DNA of 64,000 bases from IMG/VR virus record IMGVR_UViG_3300023115_001620, positions 1 to 64,000 of that record; one strand, written 5' to 3'. The position numbers were made by a program, and so were the translations under genes. The DNA comes from a virus. The notes under the pieces were generated by a model that was given only the letters and a program-made list of their open reading frames with translations, was not told the DNA's origin and ran no database searches. Shown in pieces: positions 9,910 through 19,047 of the stretch. Position 1 is the stretch's first letter. Each line of letters begins with the position of its first letter.

Positions 9910-10674
9910 ATGTCTTTAAACACTTGGTATGATAATTTTGACGAACAATACTTCCGCGATATAATACACACAGGAGTAACAATACTTACGTCTGGCTCTT
10001 CGGGAGAACCTAAAGAAATTTACCAACCTCCAAGTAAAATCAATGCAGATGCAAAATTTGCAATAGATATTCAAGGTATAAATGTTACAAGTAGTGTTTA
10101 TACATGTTTGAACCCTGTAAGAGCAGGCGGCTTATTTGCGCAAACTATCCCTGCATTACTTGTAGGAGCAGATGTTGATCTAGATAAGTTTAATCCTTAC
10201 GAGTATGTTAGAGTTGCCAATAAATACACACACACGCATCTGACACCTAAACAAGCAAAAGCTGTGATGTTAACAAAGGGTTTTAGAGATCTCGATCTAA
10301 CGGGTAAGACTTTTTTGATAGGATCTGAACCTGTCACTTATGATATTATAGAGGCATTTGTACACAGAGGAGCAAAAGTAATTACAATTTGGGGAATGAC
10401 CGAAATAGGAGTCAATGCTATTATGGAGGTTTTTAATAGTATTGAAGATGTAAATAGTATGAAAGAAATCACGCCTAACAATTCGACAATTCTTGGCAGT
10501 ATTTTTAATTGTAATTGGCGTATCATTGATTCGTGTTTGTGGGTATGCGGAGATATATGTGTATACGACGGATGGTTTAATACTAATGATACTGTGATTG
10601 AAAAGGATGGATATTTGTTTTATACTGGTAGAAGTAACGCTATAGTAGATTTTGCTAATCCAAAAAAAGGTTAA
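9910..10674 (+). CDS. AMP-binding (ANL/acyl-CoA ligase-like) enzyme, minimal form
   Basis: TSGSSGEPK (A3), GSEP, WGMTE (A5), WFNTND (A7-like), YTGR (A8); no C-terminal subdomain. Confidence 0.8.
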   Translation: MSLNTWYDNFDEQYFRDIIHTGVTILTSGSSGEPKEIYQPPSKINADAKFAIDIQGINVTSSVYTCLNPVRAGGLFAQTIPALLVGADVDLDKFNPYEYVRVANKYTHTHLTPKQAKAVMLTKGFRDLDLTGKTFLIGSEPVTYDIIEAFVHRGAKVITIWGMTEIGVNAIMEVFNSIEDVNSMKEITPNNSTILGSIFNCNWRIIDSCLWVCGDICVYDGWFNTNDTVIEKDGYLFYTGRSNAIVDFANPKKG

Positions 10675-10675
10675 T

Positions 10676-12697
10676 ATGAAAATAAAAAATACATATGATA
10701 TTATTATAATGACAGAAGGAAGTGATCCTGTTTTTAATGTTGCAAGAGCATTAGGTGGGTACAAAATTGCTTCTGCACTGCGTAACGAAGGGTATAGTGT
10801 ATTTGTATTAAGTAACTTTTCTCACTTTATACAAAAAGGTAATATTAATCAAATCCTAGATAAACTGATAGGTGACAATACTTTGTGGGTAGGATTTAGT
10901 TCTACACTGTTTATGAGATCACAAAAAGATGTTTATAGAAAACGTCATACAAGAGATACAGCAAAACAGAATATGTTATGGCATTGGCCTACTAATGACA
11001 TTGATGTAAAATCAATGACAGATTACATACGTTCTAAAGGAATAAAAACTGTCTATGGTGGTATGATGGATGCACATCGTGTGCCATTAGTTAGTGATTG
11101 TATAGACTATTATGTAGTAGGAATGGGCGAACATGCAGCTTTACACATAACAGATCATATAAAAAATGGTACTATACTTAATTATAATCCTGCTTACGGA
11201 TTGAAGCCAAAAGTAATTGATTACGATCAAAGAGGAGAGCTTTTTGACTTTAGGAATGCGCACATAAATTATGTGCCAGAAGATTTTTGGAATCCAGAAG
11301 ATGGCATGGGTATAGAGTTTGGTCGAGGATGTATTTTTAGATGTAAGTTTTGTGCATATCCATTGATTGGTAAGAAGAAAGGAGACTTGTCCTTTTTAAG
11401 AGAAAAAGAACGGATAAAAGATGAACTAAAACAAAACTATGAATTATATGGCACTACTAAGTATGTAATTATAGATGATACATTCAACGAGCAAACAATA
11501 AAATTACAAGCAATAGCAGATGCTATAGATGAAATAGATTTGCCAGAACAGTTACAATTTGCAGCTTTTATTAGAATTGACTTAATAGCAAGATACCCTG
11601 AACAACTAGAACTACTTAAGAAAATAAATGTACGTGCTTGGTTTTTAGGTGTAGAAAGTTTAAATTATGAGTCAGCAAAAGCAATTGGAAAAGGATGTCC
11701 TAAAGAAGTTATATTTGAAACAATCAAAAATGCAAAAGAAAAATTTAACGGATCATTAAGTGTATACGGCAGTTTTATTGCAGGACTTCCGCATGATAGT
11801 AGAGAAACTATGGATAAATGGACTGCCGAACTTGTAGAGAACAAACATTTATTTGATGCATTTTCGTTTAGTCCTCTAGAACTAGGAACTGCATCTCTCC
11901 TTTCTAAAAATCCAGAACTATATGGATACACAATTGATAAATCTGCAGACACTGCAAACAAGTGGACAAACGAGCATTGGTCCGCAGATGAAACAGTGGA
12001 ATATGTAAAGCATTTGCAAAGCACAATTTTAGAGGACATCAGAGTGTCTACTTTCTTTTTGATGTTTTATCAATGTTTAGGTTTTACTTTTGATGAGCTT
12101 AGAGTAATGACATTCACAGAACTTTTTGCAAATAGTAAGGTTAGGAGAAAAGCTAGGCAGTATTTAGAAAAAAGTTATTATTCTAAAGTTGAAAACTTTT
12201 TAGGTGTAGAACCTACCCAACCTAATATCAAATACATGAAAAATCTATCAATAGAGCAAAGCATTAAAGACAGTTTGAAAGAAGAATTTTTACAAGTAAA
12301 AAATTTAGTAGATGTTCCTGAATTAGAAGTTCTCAAGGCAGTAGAGGATATTACAGAATGTAAAACTGCTAATGCTATTGTACAAAATGTTAAAAAAATT
12401 ATTGGCTGTGAAATTTATCCTAGCTTTTTTATTCAGGCTGCAGATAGTTATTTAAAACCTAGAACTGAATCGGGTGCTACTGGTATACAAATAGTGCTTA
12501 ACTTAGATGCTCCTATCACCTGGGACGAAGCAGTTGATGTATACTATGACTGTGCTGTATTAGATCTTAGCAACATGCATAGTATACAAACTGATAAAGA
12601 AGACAGGATTTTCTTACATATCACAATTTTAGACAAACCATATGAAGATGTGTTGCAAATTCTTAGTGAAAATGAAAGTGAGGTTTTTAATGTTTGA
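10676..12697 (+). CDS. B12-binding-domain radical SAM protein with C-terminal DSBH-like extension
   Basis: N-terminal R.LG.YKIA..LR..G, VGFSST, GG...V.G.GE; RGCIFRCKFC; DDTFN; GVESL; FIAGLP; ATG 10676. Confidence 0.85.
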   Translation: MKIKNTYDIIIMTEGSDPVFNVARALGGYKIASALRNEGYSVFVLSNFSHFIQKGNINQILDKLIGDNTLWVGFSSTLFMRSQKDVYRKRHTRDTAKQNMLWHWPTNDIDVKSMTDYIRSKGIKTVYGGMMDAHRVPLVSDCIDYYVVGMGEHAALHITDHIKNGTILNYNPAYGLKPKVIDYDQRGELFDFRNAHINYVPEDFWNPEDGMGIEFGRGCIFRCKFCAYPLIGKKKGDLSFLREKERIKDELKQNYELYGTTKYVIIDDTFNEQTIKLQAIADAIDEIDLPEQLQFAAFIRIDLIARYPEQLELLKKINVRAWFLGVESLNYESAKAIGKGCPKEVIFETIKNAKEKFNGSLSVYGSFIAGLPHDSRETMDKWTAELVENKHLFDAFSFSPLELGTASLLSKNPELYGYTIDKSADTANKWTNEHWSADETVEYVKHLQSTILEDIRVSTFFLMFYQCLGFTFDELRVMTFTELFANSKVRRKARQYLEKSYYSKVENFLGVEPTQPNIKYMKNLSIEQSIKDSLKEEFLQVKNLVDVPELEVLKAVEDITECKTANAIVQNVKKIIGCEIYPSFFIQAADSYLKPRTESGATGIQIVLNLDAPITWDEAVDVYYDCAVLDLSNMHSIQTDKEDRIFLHITILDKPYEDVLQILSENESEVFNV

Positions 12698-12914
12698 ACA
12701 ATTATTTTACATATACTATTTTCCTGTAACTTTTTTTGCAATATATACAATTGAAAAAGAAGTAAAATGTAATACCTTTGTTGGTAGTGTTTGGAGTAGA
12801 GTTACCTTACTTGAGCGTTTAGTTGCATGTATGATACCTTTGTATAGAGAATTTATACTAATAATCTTGTATATCCAAAGCCGGAAACCTAGTTGGTTTC
12901 CTAAGCCTTTGTAA
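12690..12914 (+). CDS. Small membrane protein
   Basis: GAGG SD before ATG 12690; two hydrophobic stretches. Confidence 0.55.
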   Translation: MFEQLFYIYYFPVTFFAIYTIEKEVKCNTFVGSVWSRVTLLERLVACMIPLYREFILIILYIQSRKPSWFPKPL

Positions 12915-12923
12915 GGAAACGCA

Positions 12924-13454
12924 ATGTCATATTATGAAAACGTCGACCTACCATCCTTTTTAAATTTGTATACCCAGCTACAACAGCTAGATGTTGAATG
13001 GACTGGAAATCAAATTTGTATGAATGCTCCGCAAAATTTAACTTATGATACTACATTTGGAGTTGGCAGATTATTAAAAGAGTACAAGTTTGGAGATAAG
13101 ATAGGACAAAATGAAGTAATTAAATCTTTAAAGGACGGAAATTGGCATTTGTGCGATATATTTGTAGATACACAATTTGAAGAATTATTTAATGCTGTTA
13201 AGTCTAGGTATAAAATAGGGAGGATACGTCTTATGAAATCGGCTCCTAATACTTGTTTAGCATGGCATCAAGATCCTGTACCTAGACTACACTATCCTAT
13301 CAAAACGCAGGAAGGCTGCTTAATGGTAATAGAAGACGAAGTAAGACACTTAGAACAAGATAAATGGTGTCTTACACGCACTACACACGCTCATACAGCA
13401 CTCAACGGCAGCAAAGAGGATCGTATACATATTGTTGCTGATATATTTCCATGA
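12924..13454 (+). CDS. Asp/Asn beta-hydroxylase-like 2OG-Fe(II) oxygenase
   Basis: GRIRLM, WHQD (HxD), RLHYPIKT, HTALNG...RIHIV. Confidence 0.8.
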   Translation: MSYYENVDLPSFLNLYTQLQQLDVEWTGNQICMNAPQNLTYDTTFGVGRLLKEYKFGDKIGQNEVIKSLKDGNWHLCDIFVDTQFEELFNAVKSRYKIGRIRLMKSAPNTCLAWHQDPVPRLHYPIKTQEGCLMVIEDEVRHLEQDKWCLTRTTHAHTALNGSKEDRIHIVADIFP

Positions 13455-14050
13455 TATTTAGAAAAACTAATACATTTTCAATTTTTGATCAATTTGTAGA
13501 TGACTACAATGGCAAAACAATATTAGACTTCGGAGGTAACAGAGGTAATCTTATCGCTTCTAGCGAGGGTAAAATAAGTCAGGAAAACTATACTTGTTTA
13601 GATATAAGTAAACAAGCTCTTAGTGTTTTGCACAAGGATTTTCCTCTGGTCAAAAGTATTCATTGGAATAAATACCATTCTTACTATAATCCTACAGGAA
13701 ATATAAAAGAACCATTTCCTAAATTACAATTTTATGATATCGTATTTGCAAATAGTGTGTTTACACATCTAACTCTAAAAGAAACACTATATTGCTTAGA
13801 GCAAATTACACAATATACTAATAGAATAGCTTTTACTTATATAGATCCTAGTAACAATCAATTTTTAAAAAAATTCAATGAAAAGTATTGTAAATTGTCA
13901 TTTGATAATACCGATGAATCATATACAAACGACGAAAATGGAATATTTTGGAGTGCATTTAAGACAGAATATTTACTACATTTATTACCGCATACTAATA
14001 TTAAACATGGCAGTACTAATTGGTTTAACTTTATCGACATCACAATTTAG
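13451..14050 (+). CDS. Class I SAM-dependent methyltransferase
   Basis: ILDFGGNRG, LDIS, YDIVFANSVFTH. Confidence 0.85.
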   Translation: MIFRKTNTFSIFDQFVDDYNGKTILDFGGNRGNLIASSEGKISQENYTCLDISKQALSVLHKDFPLVKSIHWNKYHSYYNPTGNIKEPFPKLQFYDIVFANSVFTHLTLKETLYCLEQITQYTNRIAFTYIDPSNNQFLKKFNEKYCKLSFDNTDESYTNDENGIFWSAFKTEYLLHLLPHTNIKHGSTNWFNFIDITI

Positions 14051-14071
14051 TTATGTATCATAACTAAATGA

Positions 14072-14078
14072 ATAAATA
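14072..14078 (+). promoter_or_regulatory. T4-like late promoter motif ATAAATA
   Basis: Intergenic, upstream of AGGAG and ATG 14102. Confidence 0.55.
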
Positions 14079-14101
14079 TAAAGTATAAAAAGGAGATTAC
14101 A

Positions 14102-14320
14102 ATGACAACACTTACAGCACATCTTCATAAAGAAGGAGCAGGCGGCAATTATTTCGGACATTTAAAAATAGGGCTTAATATGATCATATGGTCTGCCGCA
14201 GTATTTGTTACAAGCACAATTCACGGAATTTTTCCGTTTTTATTAAACGATTCATCTATGTATTGTGCAAAAAAACTAGCAAGTTTAGTAGAGCAAACAT
14301 TTAGTCATCACGAGGCGTAA
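14102..14320 (+). CDS. Small His-containing membrane protein (DUF6356-like)
   Basis: HL...YF.H...IHG.FPFL pattern. Confidence 0.6.
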   Translation: MTTLTAHLHKEGAGGNYFGHLKIGLNMIIWSAAVFVTSTIHGIFPFLLNDSSMYCAKKLASLVEQTFSHHEA

Positions 14321-14321
14321 A

Positions 14322-14594
14322 ATGAAGTTTGGAGATTTAGGCAAGTATGGATGGTTAGTGAACACTGAACATCTTAGAGAAGTCCGTAGTGGCTATTTTA
14401 AGCATATGTGGTATGCGATTAAAATTTCCTCTTGGGGATTACTTAATCCTATTACAGGTTATATTCATGCCTTTTTTCCGTTTTTATTTCCAAATACGCC
14501 GCATAGGATAGCAATGCGTACTGTTGAGATGGCCGAGGAAATGATAGCAGAATTAAAAGCTACAATTGAAGCAGAAGACGCTGCAAAGAAGTAG
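14322..14594 (+). CDS. Small His-containing membrane protein (DUF6356-like), paralog of 14102
   Basis: HL...YFKH...IHA.FPFL pattern. Confidence 0.6.
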   Translation: MKFGDLGKYGWLVNTEHLREVRSGYFKHMWYAIKISSWGLLNPITGYIHAFFPFLFPNTPHRIAMRTVEMAEEMIAELKATIEAEDAAKK

Positions 14595-14613
14595 GCAAAA
14601 AAAATTTAGTCAT

Positions 14614-14640
14614 AAAAAAACGCCCAACGGGCGTTTTTTT
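14614..14640. terminator. Bidirectional intrinsic terminator
   Basis: AAAAAAACGCCC-AAC-GGGCGTTTTTTT between convergent genes. Confidence 0.9.
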
Positions 14641-14650
14641 ATCTTATGTA

Positions 14651-16117
14651 TTAATATAAGTCTATCCATCCTGCTGTGGAGTTTGAGACGCCGCCGCCGG
14701 CTAAACCTGTGTCACTTACATAGCCTACAAATTTTTGAGTATCTTGTAAAAACGCAAGCATTCCTTCTACAGGCGATGTTATTGCAGCATCACGTGTTGC
14801 TGCATCTGCATAAACGCCAGGTTTAATTGCACCTTGAACGTCTAGTGTTGCTGTAGGATTAATTGTGCCTATACCAAATTGTTGATCTTTCCATGAGTAG
14901 TAGTTTGCACCATTCGCAAAATCGGCAGTTGAAGTTGATGCAACAAGTATTGCATTTTCTCTTGCTTGGATAATACCTGTAATTAATTGACCATTTACAT
15001 CATCACGTGTAAATCTAATCATTCCATATGTTAAAGCTGTATTACCACTTAGATCTGCTTCGCTTGTTCTAATAAAGTCTAATTGACTTCTTTCGTTGAC
15101 TGCGTCAATTTTGATGACGCTTTGACTTGCATTTTCATTGTTACCAAATGTTACAATGTTTGTTGAAGATTGGTATGTAGGTGCTTTGATTGTGCCAGCA
15201 GTTCCGTCGATAATCATATCACTATCATCTGCAAATACAGAGCCAACAACATCACCGTAAAGTGTTGCAGTATCATGATTTAGTATGACATTCAGATCTG
15301 GACCAACGACTGTTCCGCGTATGGGACCATCTACACTACCAATAAATGTAGGAGTAGCACCGCCTTGAATTATGACTTGGCCGTTTTCGCCGCGCCTCAA
15401 ATCACCAGTAAAGTTATCTAGTACTGTATATGTATCTGTAGGATCTCTAACGTCTACCATTGCTGCTTTAGTAAACTCATCAATCATTAAGTTTCCTAAG
15501 CCATCATAAAGGCTACCGTAAAAATCACCTCTATGTGTATTTGTAACAGGATCGACAATAATTGTGCTGTCATTGCCTGCAATAGTTAGTGTATGTGTTT
15601 GTTCTTGCGATAAAATACGATCTGTAAGGGATGTTGCAGGAGTATTTGCCCATGCTGTACCGTCATAGTACATAATATCAAAGTTTTTTGGATTATCTAA
15701 AACTACGCCTGTTATATCGTCGATTGTAGTTAATGAATTGATTTTATTTGCAAGTGAATCAATACGTATGTTTTTCCAATTTAAACCGTCATAAGAAATG
15801 ATATCAAAGTTTTCTGAGTTTGAGACACTAAGATCTGTTAGGTCATCTAGTTCTAACGCAGACTGTCTATTGTTCCATTCGTTAGTTAATGAGTTGTAAA
15901 CAAGGACATCGCCGTCTTGCAAACCTGCTATGTCAGTATCAAGTAATCCTGCTACTGTGTTAGAAACTTCTCCAGATGCTGCAATAAGTATGCCACCTAA
16001 CGTGGATCCGTCACCCACATAAAGTGATTTTGTATCTGTAGCATAAATTAATTCGCCTTCTAACGGCGTTATTAGCTGACGTTCTGCATCAGTTCCACGT
16101 CTTAAACGTAATGCCAT
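14651..16117 (-). CDS. Tail-fibre/virion structural protein with Mtd-like N-terminal domain
   Basis: MALRLRRGT..R....P.EGEL.Y.TDT..LYVGDG; three internal L.D....D...Y....W.N repeats; GIGT..P...LDV.G fibre motif. Confidence 0.75.
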   Translation of the reverse strand: MALRLRRGTDAERQLITPLEGELIYATDTKSLYVGDGSTLGGILIAASGEVSNTVAGLLDTDIAGLQDGDVLVYNSLTNEWNNRQSALELDDLTDLSVSNSENFDIISYDGLNWKNIRIDSLANKINSLTTIDDITGVVLDNPKNFDIMYYDGTAWANTPATSLTDRILSQEQTHTLTIAGNDSTIIVDPVTNTHRGDFYGSLYDGLGNLMIDEFTKAAMVDVRDPTDTYTVLDNFTGDLRRGENGQVIIQGGATPTFIGSVDGPIRGTVVGPDLNVILNHDTATLYGDVVGSVFADDSDMIIDGTAGTIKAPTYQSSTNIVTFGNNENASQSVIKIDAVNERSQLDFIRTSEADLSGNTALTYGMIRFTRDDVNGQLITGIIQARENAILVASTSTADFANGANYYSWKDQQFGIGTINPTATLDVQGAIKPGVYADAATRDAAITSPVEGMLAFLQDTQKFVGYVSDTGLAGGGVSNSTAGWIDLY

Positions 16118-16147
16118 TCTATTACTCCTGAACTCTGTTGTTAAATA

Positions 16148-16154
16148 TATTTAT
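16148..16154 (-). promoter_or_regulatory. Late promoter ATAAATA inside an SD-masking inverted repeat
   Basis: On - strand: CCTGAATT..GATAAATA..AGTTCAGGAG..ATG. Confidence 0.65.
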
Positions 16155-16169
16155 CTAATTCAGGTGATA

Positions 16170-16466
16170 TTATTTTCTTTTTTTTATAAATGATCGCACT
16201 TGCGATTTTACATCTTTAACAACTCTTTCCGAGTCAATTTTGAAGTCAACTTTTACAATTGCATCATCATATTCTTCAAAAAAAGCATTCAATGATTCTT
16301 CGGCATCATCAAATTCGGGACCTTTAATATCAATTTCCCATACATCACCGTTATCGAAATATACAACCGCAGAATTTAGATATTCAATAGGCACAGCTTT
16401 TATTTCTATATCTTCGAAAACTTCTGGCCAATGGTTGATAATTTCTTGCGGGAGCTTATCAGGCAC
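16170..16466 (-). CDS. Hypothetical acidic protein
   Basis: ORF coupled to upstream gene. Confidence 0.65.
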   Translation of the reverse strand: MPDKLPQEIINHWPEVFEDIEIKAVPIEYLNSAVVYFDNGDVWEIDIKGPEFDDAEESLNAFFEEYDDAIVKVDFKIDSERVVKDVKSQVRSFIKKRK

Positions 16467-17034
16467 TTTCTGGAGACTTCGCTTTGGATGCTTTTTTCTT
16501 AGTAGGCACTAATTCTTCTGCTTGTTCTCTAAGAGCCTTTGCTTCTTTGAATAGTGCATCTGCTTGCGAACGATATTGAGCAGCCAAGTCTTCATTAGAT
16601 AAAACAGTATCATCAGAAACCTCTGCTACTACGTTAGCAGTTTCACCTGTAGCAGGTTTCGGCGCCAACTCTGCTACTGTAACACCTTCTTGCTCTGCAA
16701 TAATTTGATTAAGTTCTGCAAGATTAATAACACTTTTGGTAGTAGGAGTCATTTCAATTTGCTTAGTTTCTAGTTTCACCATTTTACCTGTTCTGTGAAA
16801 ACTTGCAAGCATATTTCTACCATCTGGTAGTGTTGTTCTTGCCATTGCATCAGCTAAATGAGTGCTGTCTTGGCCCGAAGCTGATTCTACTACTTTCATT
16901 AGTGCATCGTGATCTTCGGCATTTAGATTTTCTGTTGTAACTATTACGCAATTTTCTGGCTCGTTAGGTACAACTCTGTATGCTACAATTACTTTACGAC
17001 CGTTCGTAATTAATCTTCCTACATGTTTTAACAT
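16459..17034 (-). CDS. Hypothetical protein
   Basis: AAGGAG SD, 191 aa. Confidence 0.75.
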   Translation of the reverse strand: MLKHVGRLITNGRKVIVAYRVVPNEPENCVIVTTENLNAEDHDALMKVVESASGQDSTHLADAMARTTLPDGRNMLASFHRTGKMVKLETKQIEMTPTTKSVINLAELNQIIAEQEGVTVAELAPKPATGETANVVAEVSDDTVLSNEDLAAQYRSQADALFKEAKALREQAEELVPTKKKASKAKSPESA

Positions 17035-17043
17035 TTTATCTCC

Positions 17044-17280
17044 TTAGGCAGCAGGTGCCTGTTGCTGTTGTGATGCTACAGCAGTTAGGAATGTATCTAG
17101 TTTTTGATACGTTTGGCCTACTGCAACCATTTCATTTGGCTTAAATGCGCCACGCTGGCTTGCAACATCAATAATACTTTTTAACGCTTGTAAATCATTT
17201 ACTGTTAAGTCTGGTGATGTAGAAGCAGGTGCTTCTTGTGTACCTTCGTTAACTGCTTGAGTTTCTACTTCGTCGCTCAT
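17044..17280 (-). CDS. Hypothetical protein
   Basis: AGGAG SD; CTAAATA motif upstream. Confidence 0.75.
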   Translation of the reverse strand: MSDEVETQAVNEGTQEAPASTSPDLTVNDLQALKSIIDVASQRGAFKPNEMVAVGQTYQKLDTFLTAVASQQQQAPAA

Positions 17281-17317
17281 ACTTTTATCTCCTATATAGT
17301 ATATATACGTAGTTTAT

Positions 17318-17599
17318 TTAGTTGTACTTTAAATGTGGACAAGCTAACATGAAATAACTCATTTCCTTGTTATCTTCAAATCCAACAGATATACAAATAC
17401 CTTTTTCTTTTTTAGAATTTACCGTAAGGCGTTTGCCTACGTAAAATCTCTTTTTACAATTTTTATTGATCCATTTTATTAAAGATCCTTCTAGATTATA
17501 TGTAGAAGGTATATCTACATATTCAAAATGCGGCGGAGCCACATCTAACCTTCTGATCCTTAATACATCTAATGGATTGATAGTTTTATTTTTTATCAT
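17318..17599 (-). CDS. Hypothetical protein
   Basis: ATGA-coupled to the vWA gene. Confidence 0.65.
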   Translation of the reverse strand: MIKNKTINPLDVLRIRRLDVAPPHFEYVDIPSTYNLEGSLIKWINKNCKKRFYVGKRLTVNSKKEKGICISVGFEDNKEMSYFMLACPHLKYN

Positions 17600-18939
17600 G
17601 CCGCTTCGTCGTAATGGACACTAGTGCCAAATGGTGATTGCAAATTTTTATCTGCGTTAGAATGAATTACGAAAACAGTTTCACAGTAATCTGGATCACC
17701 CCAGCTATCCCAAGCATAACCGTCTGTAAACATAATTAATTTTTTAGGTTGGATATCATTTTCTTTCATATAAGTCCAATTAACCATAAAGTCAGTGCCA
17801 CCACCACCATACACTTCGTAGTCTGTCAAATCCTCACCACCATCTGCTGTAAAGTCTTGCTCGTTATATACAGCAGTATCAAAACACCACAATTTGATTT
17901 TGTAGTCTTTGTACTGATCCATAATACCTTTGACTTCGCTAAGGAATATTTTTGCTTGTGCACTACCAATAGAGCCTGACATATCAATGCATACACATAC
18001 ATCAATTGTTTCGTCAAAGTTCATACCTGGAAGAACTGCTCCAGTATGCCAGCCTTTGCGTGAAGGACGCATAAATGTATAATCACTTTTAATTATTGAT
18101 TGAATTTGTTGTTGCAGGATTTCTCGCCAATTCATTTTAGGCTCAGTGAGCTCTTGAATCATGCGTTGAACACCTGCTGGAGTATTACCTGCGCCGGCTG
18201 CCTGTGCACTAGACAAAACGTTTTCTTTTATTTCGTCTTTGATCTTTTTAAGTTCTTCTTTAGAATACTTTGGTCTTTTGCTACTAGTGCCGTGACCATT
18301 TGAGTCTTTATCCTCGCCGTTGTCACCATCAGCTTCCCCATCTGCATCTTCTGAATCAAGATGCTCGTCTAGCATTTCACCTTCTTTGTCTAATTGATCA
18401 AGAAGTTCTTGTAACTCTTTTCCAGCTTCTTTAGCTTGCTCAAACAGTTTATCGTAAATTTCTTCTGACGTGTCTGCATCGTATTTAAAGTCTTGAAAGC
18501 AGTCTACAATGCTAGGCTTTTCGCCAATACGATCTCTTACAAGTAAGTTATTAACTTTGTAGTCTGCGGCAATATTGTAGAGCATAGGATTACGATCACC
18601 GCGACGTTCTAAGTGATCAAAAACCATATGTAATATTTCATGTGCAATAACAAATTCAATTTCTTTGTTTGTCATTGCATTAAAGAACTGGGTGTTGTAG
18701 TAAAGGTTACGACCGTCTACTGCGGCAGTAGGTAACCAATCGTCTGCTGCCAGTATTTGCAAACGTGTAGCCATATTACCAAAAAACGGATGCCTAAGTA
18801 GCAAACCTACTCGTGCAACAATAATGCGGTCATAAACTTCAACACGCATTTCTTCTAATTGTTCTGGAGTGATATTGGGGTCAGGTTGCCAGTTTTTTAG
18901 TTTACTAGCAGTTTTTTCTGTAGACATTTGCAGTACCAT
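17596..18939 (-). CDS. Metallopeptidase plus vWA domain protein (DUF2201-like; MoxR partner)
   Basis: TAAVDG, HEILH (HExxH), DMSGS (MIDAS), GGGGTDF, FTDG. Confidence 0.85.
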   Translation of the reverse strand: MVLQMSTEKTASKLKNWQPDPNITPEQLEEMRVEVYDRIIVARVGLLLRHPFFGNMATRLQILAADDWLPTAAVDGRNLYYNTQFFNAMTNKEIEFVIAHEILHMVFDHLERRGDRNPMLYNIAADYKVNNLLVRDRIGEKPSIVDCFQDFKYDADTSEEIYDKLFEQAKEAGKELQELLDQLDKEGEMLDEHLDSEDADGEADGDNGEDKDSNGHGTSSKRPKYSKEELKKIKDEIKENVLSSAQAAGAGNTPAGVQRMIQELTEPKMNWREILQQQIQSIIKSDYTFMRPSRKGWHTGAVLPGMNFDETIDVCVCIDMSGSIGSAQAKIFLSEVKGIMDQYKDYKIKLWCFDTAVYNEQDFTADGGEDLTDYEVYGGGGTDFMVNWTYMKENDIQPKKLIMFTDGYAWDSWGDPDYCETVFVIHSNADKNLQSPFGTSVHYDEAA

Positions 18940-18972
18940 TTTACCCTCTACTTTGCTATTTTCTATACATAT

Positions 18973-19001
18973 AGTATAACACTATTTAATAGGATTGTCA
19001 A
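18973..19001 (-). promoter_or_regulatory. Sigma70-type promoter
   Basis: TTGACA-N17-TATACT. Confidence 0.8.
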
Positions 19002-19011
19002 CCAGAAAAAT

Positions 19012-19042
19012 AAAGAACGGGCTCAAAAGAACCCGTTCTTTT
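19012..19042. terminator. Intrinsic terminator-like hairpin after the AAA gene
   Basis: AAAGAACGGG-CTCAAAAGAA-CCCGTTCTTT. Confidence 0.7.
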
Positions 19043-19047
19043 CAACA

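Noticed and set aside
14102-14594. Small ORFs as RiPP precursor peptides
   Set aside because: They look like folded TM-hairpin proteins with conserved histidines; no leader/core pattern, peptidase or RRE is visible. Not fully excluded.
14651-16117. Diversity-generating retroelement suggested by the Mtd-like N-terminus
   Set aside because: No reverse transcriptase, no template/variable repeat pair and no C-type-lectin-like C-terminus seen in the window; this N-terminal domain is common in ordinary fibres.
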